DNA of 64,000 nt from Alphaproteobacteria bacterium (GTDB lineage Bacteria; Pseudomonadota; Alphaproteobacteria; Bin95). How positions within the stretch are numbered: position 1 is the first letter of the stretch; each line of letters starts with the position of its first letter. The stretch lies in assembly GCA_964291285.2 (NCBI GenBank), contig OZ219787.1, positions 992,001-1,056,000 on the forward strand, given 5' to 3'. The notes beneath the pieces are model-generated. The model ran no database searches and was not told the origin of the DNA. It saw only the letters and a list, made by a program, of their open reading frames with translations. Positions 29,752 through 39,155 of the stretch are shown in pieces. Position numbers and translations under genes: made by a program.

Positions 29752-31604
29752 CAGTCGTCAAGCAGGCGGTCCCGCTCCTGTCTGGCGCGATCGGGATCGT
29801 CGAACCAGTACTCCTCAAGCAGCGGCGCAAGCTCTGTCTCGACGACGTCGCGGAACCAGCCATTGACGTTATCGGGATCGAGTCGGGCGGCGGGTGTCAC
29901 GTAGCTGTGCCCAACGCAGAACTGTTCACCCAGAGACTTCGCAATCGCCTCGTTGAGCACCCCCATGCGGCTTTGGATGTCGTCTGCAGCATCCGTGTCG
30001 ATTCCCAGTTGCTCTGTGACCCACCGGTGCCAGGCTCTGTCAATCCTCGGCTTGAGGGTGGCGAACGCGAAGCGCCGACGCAGAGCCAGGTCGACGAGCG
30101 CGAGGGAGCGATCCGCGATGTTCATGGTGCCGATGACATAGAGGTTCCCAGGGACATGGACGCGCTTGGTTTCGTCTCCGGTCGCGTAGGAAAGTTCCAG
30201 CGCCTCTTCTTCGGACCGCTTATCCGCTTCGAGCAGCGTGATGAGTTCCCCGAAGATCTGGGCGGGATTGCCGCGATTGATCTCTTCTATGACCACTACG
30301 AACGGCGTCTCGTCGGTGGAAGCCGCCTCGACCGCGCGAAGGAAGATGCCCTTCGTTAGTTCGAGCCCGCTTGCGGATGGGCGCCAGCCGAGAACGAAGT
30401 CCTCGTAAGACAGGGTCGGATGGAACTGCACGCTACAGATGCGTCCGCGGTCTCGGCGGCCTATCAACGCGTAGGCAAGACGTTTGGCCAACCAGGTTTT
30501 GCCGGTTCCCGGCGGGCCTTGGAGTACGAGGTTCTTCTTGGTTTCCAGTCTGTTGAGAAGTGTGTCGAGTTCACTACGATCCAGAAAGCAGCCGTCCTCC
30601 AGAATGGAGGCTACAGTGTACGGCGGTTCGGTTTGTAGTTCGGGGAGGGGCGGGAGAATACCGACGGCTCGCTTGAGGTCATTCACGAGGTCGGGATAGC
30701 CCGACACGTCGGTGAGGGTCTTGGTCACCAGCGGCTTGTCCCGGACGTGGACGCCACCAGGGAAGTTGGAGTGCCAATCGACATCGCGCACGTTCTTGTA
30801 CTCTGGACGGGCAGAGTCGAAACGGTAAGCGGAGGTTACTGTGCCGTGGCCAATTACGCCGCTAGTTCCGAGCTTCGCGAAAATGGTGTCGCCCGGTCTC
30901 ATGTCGTGACAGAACTGCCAGCAGGCCAGCGAGTCGTTTCGGCCAAGGTCTATAACCTCTCGACTCTCATACCCGGTGATGTCGCCAATGTGGTCCCAGC
31001 CCAGACAAGCGATGCCTTCGCGTCGGCACTCGTCCCAATACCTAGCCCCTGGACCGAGCGCCATCAGCCAGTAACGAGGTTCGGCATTGGGCTCGACTTC
31101 CAATTGCCGGTCCAAGTCGTCGGCTTCAGTGCGTACATCGACTAGCAGGAAAACGGTCGAGAGGAACTGCTCTACGCCGGCAGGATTCCTGGGAACGGGG
31201 ATGGCCACGCGCGAGTCCACGAACGGCAGGCCCCGTTGCGTAGCGAGTGCGTCGAACCTCTCTCTTCGTTCGGGGTTGCGTCCGTCGCGCTTTGCGGGCC
31301 GATAGGCCCAACGCAACTGGTCGTCGCGGATTTCGTGTGTCTCGAACAGGATGCCGGAACGATTAGCCTCATATGCGATCAGATGAAATCGCGAGGGGTG
31401 GTTGTACGACCACTGGATGAGGAGCAGATATAGTTCGCTCGTGTCAGAGGAAATACGGAATGCGCCAACGCAGTCCTTTCCGTCAGCCCAGTCGTGGAAG
31501 GCGACGAGCGGTGTCTCGAGTTGCTCTTCGAGGCGGAACGAGTCGGAATCACGCAGGCCTGTTCGAACGAGCTGGCTGATCTGTTCGGCGGTGTCGCGAT
31601 CCAA
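29748..31604 (-). CDS. mcrB: McrB-family AAA+ GTPase with an extended N-terminal region
   Basis: LQGPPGTGKT, VQFHPTLSYEDFV, IEEINRGN, GTMNIADRS, ALRRRF; lower GC than the flanks; TTG start. Confidence 0.9.
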   Translation of the reverse strand: MDRDTAEQISQLVRTGLRDSDSFRLEEQLETPLVAFHDWADGKDCVGAFRISSDTSELYLLLIQWSYNHPSRFHLIAYEANRSGILFETHEIRDDQLRWAYRPAKRDGRNPERRERFDALATQRGLPFVDSRVAIPVPRNPAGVEQFLSTVFLLVDVRTEADDLDRQLEVEPNAEPRYWLMALGPGARYWDECRREGIACLGWDHIGDITGYESREVIDLGRNDSLACWQFCHDMRPGDTIFAKLGTSGVIGHGTVTSAYRFDSARPEYKNVRDVDWHSNFPGGVHVRDKPLVTKTLTDVSGYPDLVNDLKRAVGILPPLPELQTEPPYTVASILEDGCFLDRSELDTLLNRLETKKNLVLQGPPGTGKTWLAKRLAYALIGRRDRGRICSVQFHPTLSYEDFVLGWRPSASGLELTKGIFLRAVEAASTDETPFVVVIEEINRGNPAQIFGELITLLEADKRSEEEALELSYATGDETKRVHVPGNLYVIGTMNIADRSLALVDLALRRRFAFATLKPRIDRAWHRWVTEQLGIDTDAADDIQSRMGVLNEAIAKSLGEQFCVGHSYVTPAARLDPDNVNGWFRDVVETELAPLLEEYWFDDPDRARQERDRLLDDW

Positions 31605-31754
31605 GGGACCAATCTCCGAGGTTGTAGAATGCTCGAACGCCTCTGTAGGCGTCTCTGCGTGCGGGCGGCAGTCTATCCCACTCCGTAACGGCCGGCCGCC
31701 GCTCCATTTCTTCGCAGGCTCGTTCGCGAGGGTGACCGGGCTCGGCTCATGCCA

Positions 31755-32564
31755 TCAGGCCAGGACGTCCTCGACCAGCACCATGACGGCGCCGTTGTTG
31801 TGGGCCCGGCCGACGAAGGCCCGGCCGCGGGCGTCGCGGCCGACGGGGACGCCGTTCGCTTCCATGAGGCGGACGGCGCGGCCGGGGTCGGCGAAGGCGA
31901 TGACCTGTCCCGCCATGCAGGGCAGGGGCGGGGCGGCCTCGCCGGGGAACAGGGCCGCGAATTCTCCGGCGGAGAGCGCCGCAAAGCCGGCGGGGGCCGC
32001 GCCGGAGGCGGCGAGCCGGGCCGCAAGCTCGTCCGGCCGGTCGGAGACGAACAGGCATTGCCGGAGCGCGACGGCACCGTTCGGATGCCCCAGCAGTTCC
32101 GGCCGCCAGAGCACCTCCGGCGTCTGGTGCTCGATGACGATGATCCGGCCCTCCGGCCAGCTTGCGTCCTCGGAGAAGATGTTGCGGAAGCGCATCTCGC
32201 CCGCCGGCGTCGGGCGGGCGCGCTGCACCGGCGGCCGGAAGCCCTGCGCCGCCAGGCCCGGCCACGCCTCGTCCGCCGAGTGGCAGCGGAAGGCCGCGAT
32301 GTGGATGCCTTCATGCCGTGCCATGAAATGCGACCACGGGTTGAAGCGGTGGGGCGCGCGGATGCCGATCAGCTCCAGATAGCCCTGGCGGAAGAGCGCG
32401 CAGCGGTTGGCGGTGGCCCAGGGCCGCATGCCGTCCTCGCCCGGCACCGCGCCCTGCTGCGGCGTTTCCGGGGAGAGCAGGAAGCCCAGCCGCTCCAGCG
32501 CGGCGGCGCCCGCATCGAGGTCGGCGCGCATCTGGCCGGTATGGTCGAGGGGCCAGGCCGCCAT
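31755..32564 (-). CDS. VOC/glyoxalase-like protein
   Basis: LDH...DL......RLGF, TANRCALF..GYLELI, HPNGAVAL. Confidence 0.78.
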   Translation of the reverse strand: MAAWPLDHTGQMRADLDAGAAALERLGFLLSPETPQQGAVPGEDGMRPWATANRCALFRQGYLELIGIRAPHRFNPWSHFMARHEGIHIAAFRCHSADEAWPGLAAQGFRPPVQRARPTPAGEMRFRNIFSEDASWPEGRIIVIEHQTPEVLWRPELLGHPNGAVALRQCLFVSDRPDELAARLAASGAAPAGFAALSAGEFAALFPGEAAPPLPCMAGQVIAFADPGRAVRLMEANGVPVGRDARGRAFVGRAHNNGAVMVLVEDVLA

Positions 32565-32567
32565 CGG

Positions 32568-34574
32568 TCAGGGAAGCCGCACGTCGGTCAGCGGCCGGCC
32601 CCAGTCCCGGGCGCGGGCGAGCACGCGCGGCAGGTCCTCCTCCAGCATGAAGCCGTCCTCGATGAGCGTCCGCGCCGCCGCCTCCACCGCCCGCAGATAG
32701 CCCGCCGCATCCCCGTAGCGCTCCAGCAGGGAGGGGCGGGGGTCGCCCGCCGCGGCGCGCTCCTCCGGCGTGTCCGGGAAGGGGATGTAGCTGCCGGAGA
32801 ACTCGTGCATCGCCCCGCCGGCAACGCCGCGCCGGCGGATGTTCCAGCCGGCGAAGGTGCCGACGGGCGCGGCGACCATCGGCGCGCGCACGCCGGCCAC
32901 CTCGTTGCCGTCCGCATCGACCGCCGGCACCAGCACGGGGTAGCCGTCTTCGGCCAGCACCTCCGGCGGCTCCCTGTCGAGAATCCCCTCGCCGGCGCGC
33001 GGGCCGAAATCGAGCGCCGGCATGAGGTTGGGCGATTGCGGCACCGCCCCGCCGGGGATCGCCGGGAATTGCTCCCGCCACGCCGCGTAGGGCACGAGCG
33101 TGCCGTCGGCGGCGCGGGGATGGCGGCTCGGCGGGGGCGGCGGGCCGCCGTCCGCCCAGCGGTCGAGCGCGTCGAGCATGGCGCGGAACAGCATGGAAGT
33201 CTGCGCGACATTCAGCCAGTTCTCGCAGACCGCCCGGCGCGGCTCGCGCTGGTTCGGGTCGGCGGAATGCTGGGTGCCGGTCCAGTGGTAGAGGCGCACG
33301 CCCTCCGGCTCGGCGAGGTCGTTGCCCCCGCAGTCCGTGTGGACCAGCGAGCCGCGCCGCTGCCAGTATTCCGTCGCGGTCTGCGTGTGGACGATGAGCG
33401 GGTCGGTGTCCGGGCGCTTCAGGATGGCGTCGGTGCGGCCGCTGTGCGGGTCCGTGCAGGGGCTGTAGGCGAAGGGGAAACCGTCGGCAGGCGCGTAATG
33501 GTCCTCGTGCAGCTGGCCGCCCGAGACCACGGCATTGGCGAAACGCTGGTTCAGCCACTTGCCGCCGGCGCCCGAGACATGCGGCATCAGCCCGTCGAAC
33601 ACCCGCCGGCCGGCGGCGTCGGCGTTGAAGCCCCGCCAGACGAAATCGCGGATCGCGCGGCCGGTCTGCGAGCGGCCGTAGCCGTAAGCCCTGTCGATGC
33701 CGCCGAGCGGGTTGCCGACGCCCTCCTCGTGGCGCAGCCAGCTCACGAGGTCGCGCACCGCGACATGCCCGAGGCCCATCACCAGCGGGTCGCGGCCTTC
33801 ATAGACGATCTCGTAGATCCAGCCGGGGCGGAAGCCGCCGGGCAGGTGGACATGGCTGTCCGACGGCACGACGGACCGTTCGGGCCCGAGCCCGTCGAGC
33901 CCGCCGCCGGTCTCGATGCGCGCGAAGGACCAGGCGTCCGGCGGCACCGGCCGGCGCGGCGCATCGGCATAGGGCCGCATGGTGAGGCTCGCCTTCGCCG
34001 TATCGAGCGAGACCGCCGGATGGGAGCGCGTCGAGCCGCGGCCGCTGAGCGGCAGGCAGACGACGCCCGGCCCGTCGGCGATGAACTCGGTGCGCACCGG
34101 CCCCGTCACCGGCCCGTCCTCATGGCGCGCGACGGGCAGGTCGAGCAGCATCCGGCCCTCGCCCGGCAGCAGGTCGCCCTGCCAGGCGCCGAACACGACC
34201 GTGTAGCCGCGCCGGAAGAGGAAGCCGTTGCCGGCATGGGCCGGGGTCTCGGGGTCGTTGCTGTGTTCGGCGTCGCAGAAATACTGGAGCGCGCGCTTGT
34301 TGCCCCGGTTGCCCCAGTCGAAGAACAGCTGCCGGTTGCCGAGCGCCGGGTCCGCCGGCTGCAGGATGAAGACATCGGCGCTGAAGCGGACCAGCCCGTC
34401 GCCGTCCCTCGGCGCGAGCGCAATGTCCGTCACCCCCGCCTGCGCCGGCGCCAGCGGATCGACCCGGTGGTGTGCGCGGCCCTCGATGCGCTCATAGGCC
34501 CCGGTCCCCGCAAACCGCTCTCCGCCCGCAAAGGGCCGGCGGTCGCGGATCTCCAGTTGCACGAAATTGGTCAT
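32568..34574 (-). CDS. Alpha/beta-hydrolase domain-containing protein
   Basis: GYGRSQTGR nucleophile-like motif, EYWQRRGSL, VDADGNEVAGVR, PRPSLLERY. Confidence 0.72.
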   Translation of the reverse strand: MTNFVQLEIRDRRPFAGGERFAGTGAYERIEGRAHHRVDPLAPAQAGVTDIALAPRDGDGLVRFSADVFILQPADPALGNRQLFFDWGNRGNKRALQYFCDAEHSNDPETPAHAGNGFLFRRGYTVVFGAWQGDLLPGEGRMLLDLPVARHEDGPVTGPVRTEFIADGPGVVCLPLSGRGSTRSHPAVSLDTAKASLTMRPYADAPRRPVPPDAWSFARIETGGGLDGLGPERSVVPSDSHVHLPGGFRPGWIYEIVYEGRDPLVMGLGHVAVRDLVSWLRHEEGVGNPLGGIDRAYGYGRSQTGRAIRDFVWRGFNADAAGRRVFDGLMPHVSGAGGKWLNQRFANAVVSGGQLHEDHYAPADGFPFAYSPCTDPHSGRTDAILKRPDTDPLIVHTQTATEYWQRRGSLVHTDCGGNDLAEPEGVRLYHWTGTQHSADPNQREPRRAVCENWLNVAQTSMLFRAMLDALDRWADGGPPPPPSRHPRAADGTLVPYAAWREQFPAIPGGAVPQSPNLMPALDFGPRAGEGILDREPPEVLAEDGYPVLVPAVDADGNEVAGVRAPMVAAPVGTFAGWNIRRRGVAGGAMHEFSGSYIPFPDTPEERAAAGDPRPSLLERYGDAAGYLRAVEAAARTLIEDGFMLEEDLPRVLARARDWGRPLTDVRLP

Positions 34575-34664
34575 GTCCCCATATTCTCCCGAGCGGCAGC
34601 CGCGACAATAATCGGCTGTTCGGGGAGGTCCATGGGCGTGTCCTTGTGGCGCAGAGAGGAAGCG

Positions 34665-35549
34665 ATGACAGACTGTAAACAGGATGGTGACGCTTCGACC
34701 GCCGCGGCAGGCTTGATTCAGTGGGTCGCCGAGGGCGCGGCTGCAGCAAGGACCGTCGTTGCGGAAAAGGCAGAAAAGGGAGATGCTCTGATTCGTTCAG
34801 GGGCAGCCGGCACAGCGGCCAGTTTTGCTGCCGCTAGCGCAGCTCTTGTCGGCTACGCCAAGAATCTGGATTGGAGCCTCATCGACCATTCCAAGTGGCT
34901 GCACGTCGGCACCCATGGAGTTGGCAGAAGCCTTGAAGAGGCCAAACTTGTGTGGGAGTCGATTCCGGAGCAATTGCGCGCTCTCGGCCCGGAAGCAATA
35001 GCCAAACGCCTCGAAGGTTTCGACTGGAGCCATATCGTCCCCTACAGCAAGGGTGGCGGCAATGACGCGGCGAACGGGATTTTTGAGTTGGCCGACTTGA
35101 ACCGGGCCCGTGGCGCAGAGCAGATGACCGGGGCCGAGATCGAGGCGGCGGCGCAGGTCCTTTCGCAAACAGCATTCGAGGCTGCGCTTCAGGAAATCGC
35201 CTCCCAGGCATTGGCCGGCGCTGCCATGAGCGCGGCAGTGTCTTGTGTACTTTCGAGCTTGAAATTCGGTCTCGAATACCAACGCGGCAATATCGACCGG
35301 GACACAATGTACCGGAGCATCGGCTTGGAAACAGGCAAGTCCGCCGTTGTTGGGGCAGCAATACTTGGCATCGTATCCGCTCTAGCGTTGAAATTCCCTG
35401 CCGTCATTCCCCTTGCACTACCCCTGATATTGTTGCTTGCGGCAGTGGGCTTCTGCATTGTCGGCCACAAACTAGTCGGCCTTGGTAAAGGCTGGTACGA
35501 GCTTTATCGGGAGTCTGCGGCCATCGGGCTCCCGTTTCGGTTCGCGTAA
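34665..35549 (+). CDS. Hypothetical protein with an HNH-like motif and C-terminal membrane segments
   Basis: DWSHIVPYSKGGGNDAANGIFELADLNRARG; hydrophobic C-terminus; lower GC. Alternative start at 34632. Confidence 0.65.
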   Translation: MTDCKQDGDASTAAAGLIQWVAEGAAAARTVVAEKAEKGDALIRSGAAGTAASFAAASAALVGYAKNLDWSLIDHSKWLHVGTHGVGRSLEEAKLVWESIPEQLRALGPEAIAKRLEGFDWSHIVPYSKGGGNDAANGIFELADLNRARGAEQMTGAEIEAAAQVLSQTAFEAALQEIASQALAGAAMSAAVSCVLSSLKFGLEYQRGNIDRDTMYRSIGLETGKSAVVGAAILGIVSALALKFPAVIPLALPLILLLAAVGFCIVGHKLVGLGKGWYELYRESAAIGLPFRFA

Positions 35550-35552
35550 GCC

Positions 35553-36317
35553 ATGTCCGCAGCCGGGTCCGTCGTTCTGACCGAGCAAAGGGGCGCGGTG
35601 CGCCATATCGTGCTCAACCGGCCGGAGGCACTGAACGCGATCGACGACGCCCTGGTCCCCGCGCTTACACAGGCGTTCCGGGACGCCAACGCCGATGCCG
35701 GGACGCGCGCCATCGTCTTCCGGGGCGCGGGACGGGCCTTCTGCGCGGGCGCGGACCTCAAGGCGCGGAAGATCGCGGGAAGCGAAGCCGCGGCGCGGGC
35801 GCGGGCGCAGGCGATCCAGGACGTCACGCGCGCCATCGTCTTTGGCGACGTGCCGGTGGTCGGCGCGATCCACGGCTGGGCGGTCGGCGGCGGCTTCGAA
35901 TGGGCGCTCAATTGCGACTTCCCGATCTGGGCCGAGAGCGCGCGGGGCTTCTTCCCGGAAGTGTCCTGGGGCCTGTTCGTCACCGGCGGCGTCTCGGCCA
36001 TCCTGCCGAACCTGATCGGCCTCCAGAAAACCAAGGAACTGCTGATGCTGGGCGAACGCTACGATGCGGCGGCGCTCCACGAGCTCGGCATCGCCTGGCG
36101 CGTGGCGGCCGACGATGCGTTGCTCGTGGAAGCGGAAGCCGTGGCCGAACGGCTGGCGGCGCTTCCGGTGCGCGCCGTCCGCGACATGAAGCGCACCCTC
36201 AACCGCGCCGCCTACGGCGATGTGGCGGAGGCGATGGAGCGCGAGGTGGACGCGGTGGCGCGCTCATACAACGACCCCGAGACCTTCGAACGGATCGCCG
36301 CCTTCAGCGACCGCTGA
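35553..36317 (+). CDS. Enoyl-CoA hydratase/isomerase family protein
   Basis: LNRPEALNA, GRAFCAGADL, HGWAVGGGFE, FFPE. Confidence 0.92.
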   Translation: MSAAGSVVLTEQRGAVRHIVLNRPEALNAIDDALVPALTQAFRDANADAGTRAIVFRGAGRAFCAGADLKARKIAGSEAAARARAQAIQDVTRAIVFGDVPVVGAIHGWAVGGGFEWALNCDFPIWAESARGFFPEVSWGLFVTGGVSAILPNLIGLQKTKELLMLGERYDAAALHELGIAWRVAADDALLVEAEAVAERLAALPVRAVRDMKRTLNRAAYGDVAEAMEREVDAVARSYNDPETFERIAAFSDR

Positions 36318-36741
36318 AAGCGCTGTCCGGGTCCGTCAGCGCCTGGAGGCGCAGTCCCGCCATGCGCGCAAACCGCGTGATGAGCGACTTGCGCCGCGCC
36401 GGGTTGAGCCGGCCTTCCTCCGGTTCGCGCAGCAGCTCCGCGCCGAAGCCGTCCGCGACCAGCAGGCCGCAGCCCTCCGGGATCAGATGCCTGGGAAACT
36501 CTTCCGGGACGGCGAAATAGAACGCATCGCAGAAGGCCGGATAGTCCTGCCACTTGGCGTCCGCGCGGAAATCGGCTTCGGAGGACTTCACCTCGACGAC
36601 GGCAATGCGGCCGTCCTCGGCGATCGCGATCACGTCCACGCGGCGGCGATTGCGCAGGGTGAATTCGGTCAGCACCGCATAGCCGGCGTGGCGCAGGAAC
36701 CGGCACACGCCGCGCGCGAGGAGGACACCGTCGTTCTTCAT
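36304..36741 (-). CDS. mmcB: MmcB-family DNA repair nuclease
   Basis: LARGVCR, EFTL..RRRVDV, VEVKSSEADFRADAKWQDY, FCD.FYFAV. Confidence 0.85.
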   Translation of the reverse strand: MKNDGVLLARGVCRFLRHAGYAVLTEFTLRNRRRVDVIAIAEDGRIAVVEVKSSEADFRADAKWQDYPAFCDAFYFAVPEEFPRHLIPEGCGLLVADGFGAELLREPEEGRLNPARRKSLITRFARMAGLRLQALTDPDSAFSGR

Positions 36742-36745
36742 ATGT

Positions 36746-37789
36746 TCAGATTAGCCGATCCTTGCCGTCGAGCGCAAGCCGGACGACCTTCTTCATGGCC
36801 GTAGGCAGGGCGTAGCCGTCGAGAGCGTCGATGGGCGCCCAGACGCAACCCTCGGGCGGGGCGGCTGCGCTCCTGCCGGTGCGCACGTCCAGTTCGAGGA
36901 TGAAATGCGTGAAGCCGTGCCGGGCGACGGCGCCGAGCGGCTCCCATGCCCCTTCGACCGGCGGGGCCTCGGGCGGCAGGCCGTCTTCGACCCAGGGGCC
37001 GGAGGGCACTTCCATCATGCCGCCGAGCAGGCCGCTCTCCGGCCGGCGGCGGAGCAGCACCCGCCCGGCGCCGTCCTCGGTCCAGTAGGCGATGCCCCGC
37101 CGCACCGGGCGCCGGCGCTTCGGGGCCTTGACCGGCAGGCTTTCGGCAGTCCCGGCCGCCCTGGCGAGGCAGTCCTTCGACCAGGGGCAGACGCCGCAGC
37201 GGGGACGGCGCGGCAGGCACACCGTCGCGCCGAGGTCCATGACCGCCTGCGCATAGTCGCCGGGGCGCGCCTCCGGGGTCAGGCTCGCCGCCGCGTCCCG
37301 GATCGCCTTCTTCGCGGCGGGCAGCGGCGTCTCGATGCGGAAGAGGCGCGCCATCACCCGCTCGACATTGCCGTCCACGACGGTCGCCTTGCGGTCGAAG
37401 GCGATGGCGGCGATGGCGGCCGCGGTGTAGGCGCCGACGCCGGGCAGGGCGCGCAGGCCGGCCTCGCTGTCCGGGAAGCGCCCGCCATGCTGCGCGGCGA
37501 CGATGCGGGCGGCGGTGTGCAGGTTGCGCGCCCGGGCGTAATAGCCGAGCCCCTGCCATGCCTGCAGCACCTCGTCCAGCGAGGCGGCGGCAAGCGCCCC
37601 GACATCGGGCCAGCGCTCAAGGAACCGGTGGAAATAAGGGCCGGCGGCCGCGGCCACGGTCTGCTGCAGCATGATCTCGCTCAGCCACACCCGATAGGGC
37701 TCCGCGCGCTCGCCCGGCGGCGCGCGCCAGGGCAGCTCGCGGCGATGCGCGTCGTACCACGCAAGCAGCGCCTCCGCCTTCGCCTTCAT
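36746..37789 (-). CDS. mutY: A/G-specific adenine glycosylase
   Basis: VWLSEIMLQQT, WQGLGYYARARNL, LPGVGAYTAAA, VDGNVERV, Fe-S cysteines. Confidence 0.95.
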   Translation of the reverse strand: MKAKAEALLAWYDAHRRELPWRAPPGERAEPYRVWLSEIMLQQTVAAAAGPYFHRFLERWPDVGALAAASLDEVLQAWQGLGYYARARNLHTAARIVAAQHGGRFPDSEAGLRALPGVGAYTAAAIAAIAFDRKATVVDGNVERVMARLFRIETPLPAAKKAIRDAAASLTPEARPGDYAQAVMDLGATVCLPRRPRCGVCPWSKDCLARAAGTAESLPVKAPKRRRPVRRGIAYWTEDGAGRVLLRRRPESGLLGGMMEVPSGPWVEDGLPPEAPPVEGAWEPLGAVARHGFTHFILELDVRTGRSAAAPPEGCVWAPIDALDGYALPTAMKKVVRLALDGKDRLI

Positions 37790-37881
37790 GGCCTCTCCCT
37801 GCCGCCCTCGAGGCGGCTTCGGTCAGCATAATGCCGGGATTCCGTCATTGAGGTTTGTCCCGTTTGGGGCATGCTGGGCGC

Positions 37882-38364
37882 ATGACCGGGAGAAACCCAG
37901 GCAGGCGCAGAACGGGTCGGTTTGTGGCCGTCGGGGCGGCGGTGGAACGAGGGCTCGCGCCGACCGCCCGGAAGCACGGCTTTTCGGAAACGCGGCTCCT
38001 GCTGCGGTGGGAGAGCGTCGTCGGGACCGAAATCGCGGCGTGGACGCGGCCGCTGCGCCTGGTCCGCGGCGTGCTTCATCTGCGGGTCGCGTCAGCCTGG
38101 GCGACCTATATCCAGCACCAGGGGCCGTCGATCCGGGACCGCGTGAACCTGTTCCTGGGGCGCAAGGCGGTGACGCGCATCGTCCTGAAGCAGGGCCGCA
38201 TCGACCCGCCGCCGGTTGCAGGGCCTCCCGTGGAGCCGGCGCCGGAGCCGGTTGCGGTGTCCGGCATATCCGACCCCGAACTCAGCATCACGCTCGCGCG
38301 ATTGGGCGGTGCCGTGCAGGCGCGGCAGAAACGGATGACCACGTTCCGCAAGACCTCGCCCTAG
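37882..38364 (+). CDS. DUF721/DciA-family protein
   Basis: GF....LL.RW..VVG.EIA...P..L..GVL.L.V...I.DRVN.FLG; lies between mutY and a DsbA-family gene. Confidence 0.75.
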   Translation: MTGRNPGRRRTGRFVAVGAAVERGLAPTARKHGFSETRLLLRWESVVGTEIAAWTRPLRLVRGVLHLRVASAWATYIQHQGPSIRDRVNLFLGRKAVTRIVLKQGRIDPPPVAGPPVEPAPEPVAVSGISDPELSITLARLGGAVQARQKRMTTFRKTSP

Positions 38365-38451
38365 CAGATTTTCCGAAGATATATTTTTGACTCCGGATGC
38401 CTTGTTTATGCCCCAATTCTAAAGTAGCATACGACATCTTGTTGTGAGGCT

Positions 38452-39135
38452 ATGCCGATGCGGAACATATGGACCGTTGTTGTCGTCGTGGCAGTCGCAG
38501 TCATTGTCAGCGCCGCCTACAACTCCTTTTTCGCCAGACAGACCGGTTCGCAACTTGCCGTGAGTCCGCTGGACAGCGTCGCCGCCCACGCGGCGGACGC
38601 CGTTTCGAATCCGGAAATCGGGCTGGAAGAACGAGTGCTCGGCGAGGAAAGCGCCAGAGTCACGATCGTCGAATATTCATCGCTGACCTGCCCGCATTGC
38701 GCGCAATTCCATGCCGAGGGCTACAGGCACCTGAAGAGCGCCTATATCGACACCGGAAAGGTGAAACTCGTCTTTCGCGATTTCCCGCTCGACGGCCTGG
38801 CGTTGCGTGCGGCGGCGCTTGCCGAATGTGTGCCGGCCGGACGCTATTTTCCCTTCCTTCAATTGCTCTTCGAGGGCCAGGGAGTCTGGGCGCGTTCTGA
38901 AAACCCGCTGGTGGAACTCCTGCGTCTCGGGCAGCTCGCGGGCCTCAGTCAGGAACGCGCGAACGAGTGTCTTCAGGACGAGGCGGGGCTGGAGAAGATT
39001 ATCCAGGAACGGCTGGCCGGCCAGGAGCAATACCAGATCGATTCAACGCCGAGTTTCATAATCGACGGGCGCAAGCATCCGGGCGCCCTGACTGCGGATG
39101 AACTCGACGAAATCCTGGCGCCCCTTCTGGGCTGA
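38452..39135 (+). CDS. DsbA-family thioredoxin-fold protein
   Basis: VEYSSLTCPHCAQFH, FRDFPLD, STPSF. Confidence 0.9.
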   Translation: MPMRNIWTVVVVVAVAVIVSAAYNSFFARQTGSQLAVSPLDSVAAHAADAVSNPEIGLEERVLGEESARVTIVEYSSLTCPHCAQFHAEGYRHLKSAYIDTGKVKLVFRDFPLDGLALRAAALAECVPAGRYFPFLQLLFEGQGVWARSENPLVELLRLGQLAGLSQERANECLQDEAGLEKIIQERLAGQEQYQIDSTPSFIIDGRKHPGALTADELDEILAPLLG

Positions 39136-39155
39136 CCTCTTCTTCACGGCAGCCG

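Noticed and set aside
31749-34660. 1266-aa ORF 31749..35549 and many other long Arg/Gly/Ala-rich ORFs
   Set aside because: Antisense or shadow frames of real genes in high-GC DNA; only the last ~294 aa of this ORF looks like a real protein.
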